Positions 17,107 to 26,040 of a stretch of DNA of 32,961 nt are shown in pieces. The stretch lies in sequence record SRR31156797_9239; one strand, 5' to 3'. Under the pieces are notes generated by a model. It was given only the letters and a program-made list of their open reading frames with translations, had not been told where the DNA came from and did not search any database. Within the stretch, counting starts at the first letter, position 1. Each line of letters starts with the position of its first letter. Position numbers and translations under genes: made by a program.

Positions 17107-18903
17107 TTAGCCGAAGTACCAAACCAGGGCGAAGATGCCCAAGCCGAGGACGGCGGCCAATGCCAGGTAATCCTGCAGATTGGCAGTCTGGACTTTCGCC
17201 CCTGCCCTGCCGATGTTCCTCACAGTGTAAGCACCACCGTCCACCACTGTATCGATGCCCTTCTTGTCAAACCAAGAAGTACCATCCCCCATACCGATGA
17301 GCGAACGCAAACCAATGGTATTATAAACCTCGGTCCAAACGTCATCCACCTTCGAAATCGGCCAACAAACAACACGCATGAGCGTAGTGCCGATGAAACG
17401 ATAGAAGATATCGAAGTCCAGATTGAGCTTCGCATGCGGAGTAATGATCTCGCGGGTCAAGTAGAAGGCCAAGCCGGAGAAACCGAGCAACAGACCAGAG
17501 TTGATGACCTTGTCGAGATGCCAGGGCTCAAATGCATGTTCTACCGGGAAAGGCAGATATTGATACAACATATGAGGGTAGACACCTTGGGCGATGCAAA
17601 GCAGGCCGCAAATTGCCATACCGACGTACATGTTGACTGGCAGTGGCTTGACTTCGCCGACATATTCTTTTTTACCGCCCCAGAACGCAAAGTACGGGAG
17701 CTTGATACCGACAGAGATAAACGTACCCACTGCGGCAATCTCCATTCCGAGAGCCAAAATCGTGCGATGGGCTTCAGCCGCACCGGCGATAGTCATGGTT
17801 TTCGAAATAAAGCCGTTGAAAAGGGGCATACCGGAGATGGACAGGGCTGCGATCATATACAAAACCATAACCCAGGGCAGTTTGTAAGCAAGCCCACCCA
17901 GTTTATCCAGCTTGGCAGTACCGACCGAATAAAGAATCGCGCCGGTTCCCATGAACAGAAGGCCCTTATAAAGAATATGGGCATAAGCATGAGCCACTGC
18001 GCCGTTGAGCGTCATGGCCGTACCGATGCCGATACCCGCCACCATGTAACCCACCTGGGATACAATGTGGTAGGACAGAATCCGTCGAGCATTATTTTCA
18101 ATACACGCGTACAAAACACCAAAAACAGCCATACAGGTACCGGCGATAGCAAGGACTTCCCATCCTGCATAGCCGCGTGCCAGCACATAGACTGCCGTCT
18201 TGGTGGTAAAGGCGCACATGTACACAGCACCCGCAACGGATGCGCGAGGGTATGCGTCAGGCAACCAAGCATGCAAAGGCACGACTGCAGCGTTGACACA
18301 AAAGCCGATCAGGATCAGCCAATCATACAGTTGGGCCCCGGAGGGATCCACTGCATTGAAAGCAAAGCTCCCTGTGGCCTTGTACTTGAGCAGTAATCCG
18401 CCGAGCAGGAACAGGCCGCCAACGGTATGGTACAAGAAGTACCTGAAACCGGCACCAACAGACTCTTCAGTCCGGGCCTGCCAGATCAGGAACGTGGAAC
18501 CGATGGACATAAGTTCCCAAAACAGGAAGACCGTCAGCAAGTCGCCTGCAAACACGCAGCCGAAGCCACCTGCCACATAAAGCGAACCGCAAACGTAATG
18601 CCCCCTGTCCTCGACGTGCATGCCGTAGATGGCACCGATGAACGCGATAACCGAAAAAACCTGGCCGAAAACGATGGACAATTTGTCCACACGCCCCAGT
18701 ACCAGAGCTTGATCAAGATATTCCAACGCACCATACGTACCCGGTTCCACCGTGAAGATGGAATAGAGCGCGATAAGCGGTGCAAGTAATGCCAATGTGC
18801 CGCGAAACGCCTTGTTCATCCAAAGCGCTTTGGGGACAAAGGGCACAACAATAACCAATGCAAGGAAGGCCATGGAGGGATGGATGAACATACTAGTCTC
18901 CAT
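17107..18903 (-). CDS. Antiporter-like subunit with an MrpD-type core and a NuoL-like C-terminal extension
   Basis: FLFWELM, LHAWLPDAYP, ILSYHIVSQVGYM and ILYKGLLF. The C-terminus FDKKGIDTVVDG...VQTANLQDY plus a TM resembles the NuoL lateral helix and anchor. Confidence 0.85.
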   Translation of the reverse strand: METSMFIHPSMAFLALVIVVPFVPKALWMNKAFRGTLALLAPLIALYSIFTVEPGTYGALEYLDQALVLGRVDKLSIVFGQVFSVIAFIGAIYGMHVEDRGHYVCGSLYVAGGFGCVFAGDLLTVFLFWELMSIGSTFLIWQARTEESVGAGFRYFLYHTVGGLFLLGGLLLKYKATGSFAFNAVDPSGAQLYDWLILIGFCVNAAVVPLHAWLPDAYPRASVAGAVYMCAFTTKTAVYVLARGYAGWEVLAIAGTCMAVFGVLYACIENNARRILSYHIVSQVGYMVAGIGIGTAMTLNGAVAHAYAHILYKGLLFMGTGAILYSVGTAKLDKLGGLAYKLPWVMVLYMIAALSISGMPLFNGFISKTMTIAGAAEAHRTILALGMEIAAVGTFISVGIKLPYFAFWGGKKEYVGEVKPLPVNMYVGMAICGLLCIAQGVYPHMLYQYLPFPVEHAFEPWHLDKVINSGLLLGFSGLAFYLTREIITPHAKLNLDFDIFYRFIGTTLMRVVCWPISKVDDVWTEVYNTIGLRSLIGMGDGTSWFDKKGIDTVVDGGAYTVRNIGRAGAKVQTANLQDYLALAAVLGLGIFALVWYFG

Positions 18904-19153
18904 AATAGTCCTCCTTCCTGGCTATAAACGGCTGAACCACTTTCTTCATAATGATAACCATGGCCAGCCCCACGATAAGACCGAATCCGGCAAAGAACCC
19001 GGGGTACTTATCGAGACCAAAGTGCGGGTGATGTGTGACAAACGGAACATTGAGCACCAAAAGCACTCCCAGCGTCACGAAGAATATAATTCTCCACGCT
19101 TTCCAGTTGTCTCTCCATTTGGCGAGTAATCCGCCCAAACCTTTTTGACTCAT
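18893..19153 (-). CDS. Small two-TM membrane protein within the nuo-like operon
   Basis: 86 aa; two hydrophobic helices flanking HHPHFG; ends RKEDYYGD. GGGGA SD; overlaps the next gene. Confidence 0.8.
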   Translation of the reverse strand: MSQKGLGGLLAKWRDNWKAWRIIFFVTLGVLLVLNVPFVTHHPHFGLDKYPGFFAGFGLIVGLAMVIIMKKVVQPFIARKEDYYGD

Positions 19154-19163
19154 ATCATTCCCC

Positions 19164-20711
19164 CTAGAACTTGCCGAGAACGTTGACGAAGTTCAGGAAT
19201 GTCTGCGGATACAGACCCAAGAACACCGAGATGAATGCCGTGATCATTAACGGCACGACCATGGTCATGGACGGCTCGTTGTATTGCCCGATATTGGCCT
19301 CCGGTTTGGGAGCCTTGAAAAAGGCACGATACAAAATGGGCACGAAGTAACCGGCGTTCAATGCCGTACTGAGAAGCAGTGCGACGAGCAGCGGCCACTG
19401 GTGCGCATCAAGCGTACCGTTGATCAAGTACCATTTGGAGACAAAACCGCAAGCGGGCGGCATACCGATCATTGACAGGGAGGCTATACCAAAAGCACCA
19501 AAGGTGAGCGGCATTCTGCGTCCCAAACCATCCATGAGGCTGATCTTCTTCAGGTGGCAGGCGACATAAATGGCACCCGCAGCCATAAAGAGTGTGATCT
19601 TGGAAAAGGCGTGGTGGGCGATGTGCATGACACCACCTTGTACCGCCGTATCCACCAGCATGGTTACACCAACAACGACATAAGAGAGCTGGGCTACCGT
19701 TGAGTAAGCCAGTCGCGCTTTAATATCATCCTTGGTCAAGGCGATGAACGAAGCCACCGTCAAAGTAAAGGCCGCAATATAGGCCGTTCCCAATCCGATG
19801 CTCAGATCACCAAGCCAGGTACCGGGTGCGCCAACATAAATCTGACTCATTGTCAGCATGGCAGCGGTCTTGGTCCCGAAGGCCGAGAGCACGATACGGC
19901 AGACACAGAAGACACCGGCTTTAACAACGGCCACAGCATGCAGCAAAGCCGAAACCGGAGTCGGCGCGACCATTGCTGAAGGGAGCCAGTTGTGGAACGG
20001 CATGAGAGCCGCCTTACCGATACCAAAGATGAACAACCAGTACGTGAGGGCCACCAGTCTGGGATGTTCGGCAATAACTTCAGCGGAGAACATACCGTTC
20101 TGGATGTCACCCAAATTGAAGTCCAAATTGCCGACCAATACGTAGGTAAGCACCATTGCGGGCAGGAGGAAGAGCTTGGAAGTACCCATCAAGTAGACAA
20201 TGTACTTGCGAGCGCCAATCTTGGCAGCTTGATCCTCATGATGATAAACAAGCGGATACGTGAATACGGTGATCACTTCATAAAAGAGATACAATGTAAA
20301 CACGTTGGCAGAAAGAGCCACACCGACGGCGCCAAAAATAGCCACCGCAAAACAGATGTAATATCTGGTCTGTGCGTGCTCGTTCAATCCCCGCATGTAA
20401 CCGATGTTATAACTGGTTACAAAGAACCAGAGAAACGGCGCGATCAGAGCAAAGACCATGCTCAGCCCGTCGGCCGCAAATGCTATTGATATTCCGGGCA
20501 TGATGGTGGTGACTTTGTAGTACAGCACCTCACCGCCCAGTACCCTCGGAGCCATACAAAGCACCGAACCGAACGTCAAAAACGCGCCGATAAAGCTCAT
20601 GGCCTCGCGTCTGTTTTCATCCCCTCGTCCGAGGTAGATAAAAAGCGGCACAAGGAGAGTGATCACCACCGGCAGAAGAATTTGACTATATGTAGTTACG
20701 CCTTCCATCAT
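19164..20711 (-). CDS. Antiporter-like subunit (monovalent cation/H+ antiporter family, NuoL/MrpA-type core without the C-terminal tail)
   Basis: LYLFYEV, GKAALMPFHNWLPSAMVAPTPVSALLHAVAVVKAG, RLAYSTVAQL and HHAFSKITLF. Confidence 0.88.
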   Translation of the reverse strand: MMEGVTTYSQILLPVVITLLVPLFIYLGRGDENRREAMSFIGAFLTFGSVLCMAPRVLGGEVLYYKVTTIMPGISIAFAADGLSMVFALIAPFLWFFVTSYNIGYMRGLNEHAQTRYYICFAVAIFGAVGVALSANVFTLYLFYEVITVFTYPLVYHHEDQAAKIGARKYIVYLMGTSKLFLLPAMVLTYVLVGNLDFNLGDIQNGMFSAEVIAEHPRLVALTYWLFIFGIGKAALMPFHNWLPSAMVAPTPVSALLHAVAVVKAGVFCVCRIVLSAFGTKTAAMLTMSQIYVGAPGTWLGDLSIGLGTAYIAAFTLTVASFIALTKDDIKARLAYSTVAQLSYVVVGVTMLVDTAVQGGVMHIAHHAFSKITLFMAAGAIYVACHLKKISLMDGLGRRMPLTFGAFGIASLSMIGMPPACGFVSKWYLINGTLDAHQWPLLVALLLSTALNAGYFVPILYRAFFKAPKPEANIGQYNEPSMTMVVPLMITAFISVFLGLYPQTFLNFVNVLGKF

Positions 20712-20713
20712 AG

Positions 20714-21022
20714 TTATTCCTTCAATGTAGTGATGTCACTGATTCTGGCGGATTTGAATCGCCGTGCAACGACCACGATGATTGCAAGGACCAATGTAGC
20801 CTCAGCTGCGGCAAGTCCCATGACAAACAAGGTGCCGAGTTGACCAAGAACCGCACTGAATTCAGTCAACTGAGCCGCTGCCACCATGGACAGTCCTGCA
20901 CCGTTGAGCATGAGTTCCACCGAGATCAACATACCGACGAGACTCCTGCGTTGCGTCAAACCAAACAGGCCCGCACACAGAAGCATCAACGCGACAATTT
21001 GATAAAGGGTCAGAGCACTCAT
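20714..21022 (-). CDS. nuoK: Complex I subunit K
   Basis: MLISVELMLNG and LAAAEA; three TM. Confidence 0.95.
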   Translation of the reverse strand: MSALTLYQIVALMLLCAGLFGLTQRRSLVGMLISVELMLNGAGLSMVAAAQLTEFSAVLGQLGTLFVMGLAAAEATLVLAIIVVVARRFKSARISDITTLKE

Positions 21023-21532
21023 TTATTTCTTCCCCCTTTTTTCCCATGTCAGAAGCACTGCTCCGGACATTGCCACCATGAGGATGACCGAGATCAACTC
21101 AAAGGGCAGGAAGTAGGAACCGAGCAATCCCTGACCGAGTTCCTTGATGGTTACTTCAACAGGAACCGCCACAGAATCGACTGGCTTGGTCATAACCAGC
21201 CAGCCTAAAATGGCAGCAGGTGACAAGGTTGCCGCCAGTCCGTAGACATACGTCTTCATGGAGGCATATCCGCTTTCGTCACCGCCCTTTTCCGCTCGAG
21301 TCAACATGACTGCGAAGAAAATCAGGACACTGACTGCACCGACATAGATAAGAAGTTGCATAAAAGCCATAAAAGGCGTCGCCAAGAGTAGATACATCCC
21401 AGCCACACCGATCAAGGTGGTGATAAGTCCCACCAAGGCGCGAACAAGACTACTACTCGTGACGGCGACAATGGCCCCGCCCAAAATGATGAGCGTGTAC
21501 ACGCAAAATGCTACTTTTGCCATGACTTCCAT
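21023..21532 (-). CDS. nuoJ: Complex I subunit J
   Basis: QLLIYVGAVSVLIFF and YFLPFELIS. Start reassigned to ATG 21532 (GGAGG SD). Confidence 0.93.
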   Translation of the reverse strand: MEVMAKVAFCVYTLIILGGAIVAVTSSSLVRALVGLITTLIGVAGMYLLLATPFMAFMQLLIYVGAVSVLIFFAVMLTRAEKGGDESGYASMKTYVYGLAATLSPAAILGWLVMTKPVDSVAVPVEVTIKELGQGLLGSYFLPFELISVILMVAMSGAVLLTWEKRGKK

Positions 21533-21533
21533 A

Positions 21534-22121
21534 TTACGCCTCCTTCTCTGCCGCGGCCGGTTTGGCCTCGGTTTTGGGAGCCGGTGCGGACAATTCCGTG
21601 GCCTGCTCCTTGAGCCTGGCGAGAAGATCAATGTTCATCTCTTTCCGTGAAGTCGCCACCCAATACATATTATTAGAGAACTTCAACGACTTGGCCGGAC
21701 AATTATCGATACATGTGCCGCACAGCGAACACAGCGTATAGTCGTAGGTGAATTTCAACGGATTCTTGGGAGCTTTAGGCTTGACAACCTTCTCTCCAGC
21801 TTCCTTGGCAGCAGCCATGGCCGCTTCCTGCTCAGGCGTAGGCTTGGGAGCCTTCTGCTTGACGACTTTCAAGCACTTACTCGGGCAGTTGGTCACACAC
21901 ATCATGCAGGAAATGCACTTGGGCATGGCCGGATCCTTGGGCTTACCGATCAATTCGATATGCCCGCCGTATGTATTCAGATTCTCGTCGTCAATGACCT
22001 GCCGGGGATAGTGGACAGTGATCAAAGGCTTGCAAAAATACTTACCCGTAATCTTGAGTCCAACGATCAAACTCCAGCAGTCGAGAATCGGCTGTATTAC
22101 TTTTTCTCTGAATTTACCCAT
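21534..22121 (-). CDS. nuoI: Complex I subunit I (2x[4Fe-4S])
   Basis: ITVHYP; CISCMMCVTNCP and CSLCGTCIDNCP. Confidence 0.92.
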   Translation of the reverse strand: MGKFREKVIQPILDCWSLIVGLKITGKYFCKPLITVHYPRQVIDDENLNTYGGHIELIGKPKDPAMPKCISCMMCVTNCPSKCLKVVKQKAPKPTPEQEAAMAAAKEAGEKVVKPKAPKNPLKFTYDYTLCSLCGTCIDNCPAKSLKFSNNMYWVATSRKEMNIDLLARLKEQATELSAPAPKTEAKPAAAEKEA

Positions 22122-22131
22122 ATCTACACCC

Positions 22132-23106
22132 CTACAACTTGATGATCAGCGCGGTGGCCAACAGGTTGAATGTGGCCAACGGCAGCAACCATTTCCAGTT
22201 GATGTTCAGCAGTTGGTCAAACCGAACGCGGGGGAAGGTCCAACGAGCCCAGATCATGACGAACAGCAAAGCGTACGTCTTGAGAAGCATCCACCACCAT
22301 CCTTCGATGCCGGGGATAGGGCCATGGAATCCGCCCAGGAAAAGGACGGAACAAACGGAGCACATGACAACCATGTATCCATACTCAGCCATGAAGAAGA
22401 GACCAAATCCCATGGAGGAATACTCCGTATGGAAACCGGCAGTCAGTTCGGACTCGGCCTCGGCCAAATCAAACGGAGCGCGGTTGGTCTCACCAAACAT
22501 TGCGATAATAAAGATAATGAATGCCAGCGGCTGCTTCCAGACAAACCAGTTGCCAATGTGACCAGCCTGCAACGAGGTAATCTCGGTCAGGCTCAAGGTA
22601 CCAGTCATAAAGGAAATGGCCAGTACGGTCAGAAGCAATGGAATTTCATATGCAACAGTCTGCGACACGGCACGAGCGGCACCGAGAACGCCCCATTTAT
22701 TGTTGGATGCCCAACCAGCCAAAATCACCGCCAGTCCGTTAAAACTGGAGAAGGCCAGAATCAGCAACAAACCAAGGTTCACTTCCATCCCTGTCAGCAC
22801 TGGGCCATACGGAATGGGCATAAAGAGCAACAACACCGGAATCATAGACAAAATTGGAGCGAGCCAATAAAGGACCGGGTCCGAATTGTCCGGAGTCAAG
22901 AGTTGTTTACCCATGAGTTTCAAACCATCTATAAGTGGCTGGAGAGCGCCGTGAGGACCAACTTCAAACGGACCGGGCCTGCGCTGAATGTGGCCCGCGA
23001 ACTTACGTTCGCAGTAGACCAACACCAGGGCATTGAGACCCAGCCAGACCATGGCCCCGATCATGGCGATGACCAGAGGTATCAGGTTCTGTAAGAATTC
23101 GTTCAT
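22132..23106 (-). CDS. nuoH: Complex I subunit H
   Basis: ERKFAGHIQRRPGP, QPLIDGLKL, ETNRAPFDLAEAESELTAGFHTEYS and PRVRFDQL. Confidence 0.97.
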   Translation of the reverse strand: MNEFLQNLIPLVIAMIGAMVWLGLNALVLVYCERKFAGHIQRRPGPFEVGPHGALQPLIDGLKLMGKQLLTPDNSDPVLYWLAPILSMIPVLLLFMPIPYGPVLTGMEVNLGLLLILAFSSFNGLAVILAGWASNNKWGVLGAARAVSQTVAYEIPLLLTVLAISFMTGTLSLTEITSLQAGHIGNWFVWKQPLAFIIFIIAMFGETNRAPFDLAEAESELTAGFHTEYSSMGFGLFFMAEYGYMVVMCSVCSVLFLGGFHGPIPGIEGWWWMLLKTYALLFVMIWARWTFPRVRFDQLLNINWKWLLPLATFNLLATALIIKL

Positions 23107-23114
23107 TATTCCCC

Positions 23115-24287
23115 CTACCTATCGATTTCCGGAATAATCAGGTCCAGACTACCCAAAATGGCGACAGCGTCGGCCAGGATAGTTCCCGTTGCGGCCTCAG
23201 CAAATGCGCTCAAGTTGGAGAAACCCGGTGCGCGCAGCTTGATGCGGTACGGGACCTTAGTTCCATCGGAAACGGCGTAAACGCCAATCTTTCCGCGTCC
23301 GCCCTCAACATTGAAGTAAGCTTCGCCTGCCGGCGGCTTCATGGACGGTTTGGGGGCCTTCTTAATAATATGGGCACCTTCTGCGGAGTCCAATTGCTCA
23401 AGAGCTTGCTCAATAATACGCATTGACTGTTCCATCTCGGCCACGCGGACATGATACCGTCCAGCCGAACATGCAGTGTCCTGCGTCGGGATATCGAAAT
23501 CGAAACGATCGTACACGGAGTACGGCTCGTCCTTACGCAGATCATAAGGGACACCCGCACCACGAACGACAGGACCGGTGCAGCCATAACGGCGGCACAT
23601 ATCCTGATCCATGATACCTACTCCCTCAATACGTCTACGCAGAATAAGGTTTTCAGTGACGAGATCATGGTACATGGGCAGTCTTTCCCTGAAATGCGGA
23701 ATAAACGCCTTAATCAACTCGAGACACTTGTCGTCCAAATCCATCTGCACGCCACCGACACGGAAATTGGAATAGGTCAATCTGGAAGCCGACGGCCTCT
23801 GCAGGATGTCCAAAATCATTTCACGATCGTCAAATGCGTACATGATGGGGGTAAACGCGCCAAGGTCAAGGATGTAGGCTCCCCACCACAACAAGTGGGA
23901 GGTCAGACGGTTGAACTCGGTCATAATGACCCGCAGATATTCCGCCCTTTCCGGCACCTCAATGCCCATCAGTTTTTCGACTGCGCCCACGTAGGCCCAA
24001 TTCCAGGCCATGGCGTGTCCGTAGTCGACGCGGCCCATATTGGGGATATAACCACCCCAAGTCTGGGTCTCGCCCATTTTCTCATGCATGCGGTGCAGGT
24101 AACCCAGTACGGGTTCGGCTCGGACGATGTACTCACCGTCCACCTCGATCACGATCCTCAGCACGCCATGCGTTGACGGATGCTGCGGACCCATATTGAT
24201 GATCAGGGTTCCGTCCTGCTTCCCGGCCTCGAACTTCTGGGTGTAGAAATCACCCTTCATTTGTTCTAAATTTTGGTAAGCCGACAT
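23115..24287 (-). CDS. nuoD: Complex I subunit D
   Basis: NMGPQHPSTHGVLR, GYLHR, RVDY and C-terminal GSLDLIIPEIDR; no NiFe CxxC motifs. Confidence 0.96.
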   Translation of the reverse strand: MSAYQNLEQMKGDFYTQKFEAGKQDGTLIINMGPQHPSTHGVLRIVIEVDGEYIVRAEPVLGYLHRMHEKMGETQTWGGYIPNMGRVDYGHAMAWNWAYVGAVEKLMGIEVPERAEYLRVIMTEFNRLTSHLLWWGAYILDLGAFTPIMYAFDDREMILDILQRPSASRLTYSNFRVGGVQMDLDDKCLELIKAFIPHFRERLPMYHDLVTENLILRRRIEGVGIMDQDMCRRYGCTGPVVRGAGVPYDLRKDEPYSVYDRFDFDIPTQDTACSAGRYHVRVAEMEQSMRIIEQALEQLDSAEGAHIIKKAPKPSMKPPAGEAYFNVEGGRGKIGVYAVSDGTKVPYRIKLRAPGFSNLSAFAEAATGTILADAVAILGSLDLIIPEIDR

Positions 24288-24328
24288 ACACTCTCAGTCC
24301 GGTTTATATACCGACCGGTTGCCCCGGC

Positions 24329-24856
24329 CTACGCATCGGCGGCCTCCTCGGCCACCGCTTCCGCAAACAATTCTTCCACTTCCTTGGAACAAGACACGAT
24401 TTCACCAAGTGTCAAAATGTCCTTAATGGACTTACGAACCTTGGCCGTCTTGATCAGGGGGTGAACATCAACATCCTCTACTGCCATCAAAAGTGGCACT
24501 AGGTTAGGATTGCCCTCGAAGATGACACCATGGAAATCACGGGTTTCCCGCTCATGCCATTCGGCACCCTGAAAAACAGAAGCAATGGACGGCACTACCG
24601 CGTTGTCCTTGGGGAGCAATACACGCAAAGTGACACGCTCTTCGATGTTCCATCTATTAAAATGATAGATCACCAAAAAACCCTCTTCGATATCCAATGC
24701 AAAGATATCTTCAAGAGAGTATTCTGCTTCATACAATTTCTGGGCTGCTTTGACGATCTGGTTCGGAGCCAGAAAAATCGACCAGACATGTCCGGTCGCG
24801 CCTTTGTCCTGCTTGGCAACACACTGAGTCGCCACGCTTTCCAAGACTTGCAACAT
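24329..24856 (-). CDS. nuoC: Complex I subunit C
   Basis: PSIASVFQGAEWHERETRDFHGVIFEGNPNL...HPL. Start reassigned to ATG 24856 (GGAGG SD). Confidence 0.9.
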   Translation of the reverse strand: MLQVLESVATQCVAKQDKGATGHVWSIFLAPNQIVKAAQKLYEAEYSLEDIFALDIEEGFLVIYHFNRWNIEERVTLRVLLPKDNAVVPSIASVFQGAEWHERETRDFHGVIFEGNPNLVPLLMAVEDVDVHPLIKTAKVRKSIKDILTLGEIVSCSKEVEELFAEAVAEEAADA

Positions 24857-24858
24857 GA

Positions 24859-25404
24859 TTAACCCTCCACCTCGGCGGCGACGGGCCACCAGCGTTTACC
24901 GGTGATCAGACGCTGCAACTCGAAGAACCCCTCAAGCAGACCTTCCGGTCTCGGAGGACAACCCGGAACATAGACATCAACGGGGATCAACGTATCCACG
25001 CCTTCGACTACATTATAGTTATCCTTAATCTTAAAGGGACCGCCGGAAATGGCACAGTTACCCATGGCAATAACCCACTTGGGTCCGGGCATCTGTTCGT
25101 ACAGCCTGACTACGGCTGGCGCCATCTTCTTGGTCACGGTGCCTGCGACGATCATGACATCAGCCTGACGCGGGGAGGGCCTGAAAACCTCCGCCCCGAA
25201 CCGGGCCATGTCGAATCGAGCCATACCGGCAGCCATCATTTCGATAGCACAGCACGCAAGTCCGAATGTCATGGGCCACAAAGACATAGATCGACAGACG
25301 TCGAAAAGGTCCTGCGCCAATTGAAGGTTGACGATGGGCGGCTCCATATAATGGTTGCCCGTCGTCAAAAAGTCCTTGGGAACTACTGAATCCTGCGCGG
25401 CCAT
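24859..25404 (-). CDS. nuoB: Complex I subunit B (N2 cluster)
   Basis: [25 protein letters not shown] and VPGCPPRPE. Start reassigned to ATG 25404. Confidence 0.96.
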   Translation of the reverse strand: MAAQDSVVPKDFLTTGNHYMEPPIVNLQLAQDLFDVCRSMSLWPMTFGLACCAIEMMAAGMARFDMARFGAEVFRPSPRQADVMIVAGTVTKKMAPAVVRLYEQMPGPKWVIAMGNCAISGGPFKIKDNYNVVEGVDTLIPVDVYVPGCPPRPEGLLEGFFELQRLITGKRWWPVAAEVEG

Positions 25405-25760
25405 GTAAACACCCCTTTCGCCCAAAAATAGATGACGGAAAGAATAAGGAAGAACAGGAAGATGAACAACTTTACGAAAGGAACCCATCCTTCGGCGTCA
25501 GCGTACGCCGTAGAAACCGGAAACAAGTAAAGGACATCTACGTCGAAAGCGAGGAAGATCAAGGCGTATACATAATAAGATACACCCCACCTCGCCCACG
25601 AACTGCCGTAAGGGACCATGCCACATTCATATGGCATACCAACGTCCCCGCCCCGCGCTTTGGGAGCGAACAGCACTGCGAGAATCAAAGGCCCGACGGC
25701 AAAGAGTAGTCCGCCGAGCAAAAACAATATGATTGCAAAATGCAGCCAGTCGAAAACCAT
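25383..25760 (-). CDS. nuoA: Complex I subunit A
   Basis: [19 protein letters not shown] and WAKGVFTW; three TM. Confidence 0.95.
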   Translation of the reverse strand: MVFDWLHFAIILFLLGGLLFAVGPLILAVLFAPKARGGDVGMPYECGMVPYGSSWARWGVSYYVYALIFLAFDVDVLYLFPVSTAYADAEGWVPFVKLFIFLFFLILSVIYFWAKGVFTWPRRIQ

Positions 25761-25984
25761 ACCCCATCCTTTGGCTTTAAATTTGCGAAAACCCTAAAAC
25801 AAAACATTTTTCAAGGGTTACCGAGTTCCATGCCCCGAAAAAAGGCCTAAGTCAAGCACATTGCTCTTTTTTTCGCGAAAGACTTGCACTCTAAGTATAT
25901 AGTTTCCTTGACTCTGATTCTGATATAAAAAAAAGGAGAATACAGGCTCGTGACACAGTTCCAGCAGTCTAAAAAAACAAAAAA

Positions 25985-26008
25985 AACGCCTTGCATATGC
26001 AAGACGTC
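25985..26008 (-). terminator. Intrinsic terminator after the diguanylate cyclase
   Basis: Minus strand GACGTCTTGC-ATAT-GCAAGGCGTT stem (with G-U pairs), followed by a long T run. Confidence 0.75.
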
Positions 26009-26040
26009 TTACAAAATAAAAATAATCAGAGAGAAAAAGT

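Noticed and set aside
17098-18396. 432-aa plus-strand ORF antisense to the 598-aa antiporter subunit
   Set aside because: Shadow ORF of a hydrophobic, codon-biased gene; no recognisable motifs or SD.
22018-24176. Long plus-strand ORFs (358 aa and 241 aa) opposite nuoH and nuoD; likewise 16028-16798, 11988-12683, 32065-32832 and the minus-strand 8958-9620
   Set aside because: Antisense to well-supported genes, with no family resemblance.
23115-25404. Possible group 4 NiFe hydrogenase (Ech/Hyf) reading of the operon
   Set aside because: The large subunit lacks both CxxC Ni-binding motifs (it has RVDY and DLIIPEIDR), and nuoA/nuoJ are present.
25940-25970. Possible Rex operator upstream of nuoA (TCGTGACACAGTTCCAGC), and a half site near 1313-1321
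   Set aside because: Only one half resembles the GTGAA-N-TTCAC type palindrome; too weak to call by eye.
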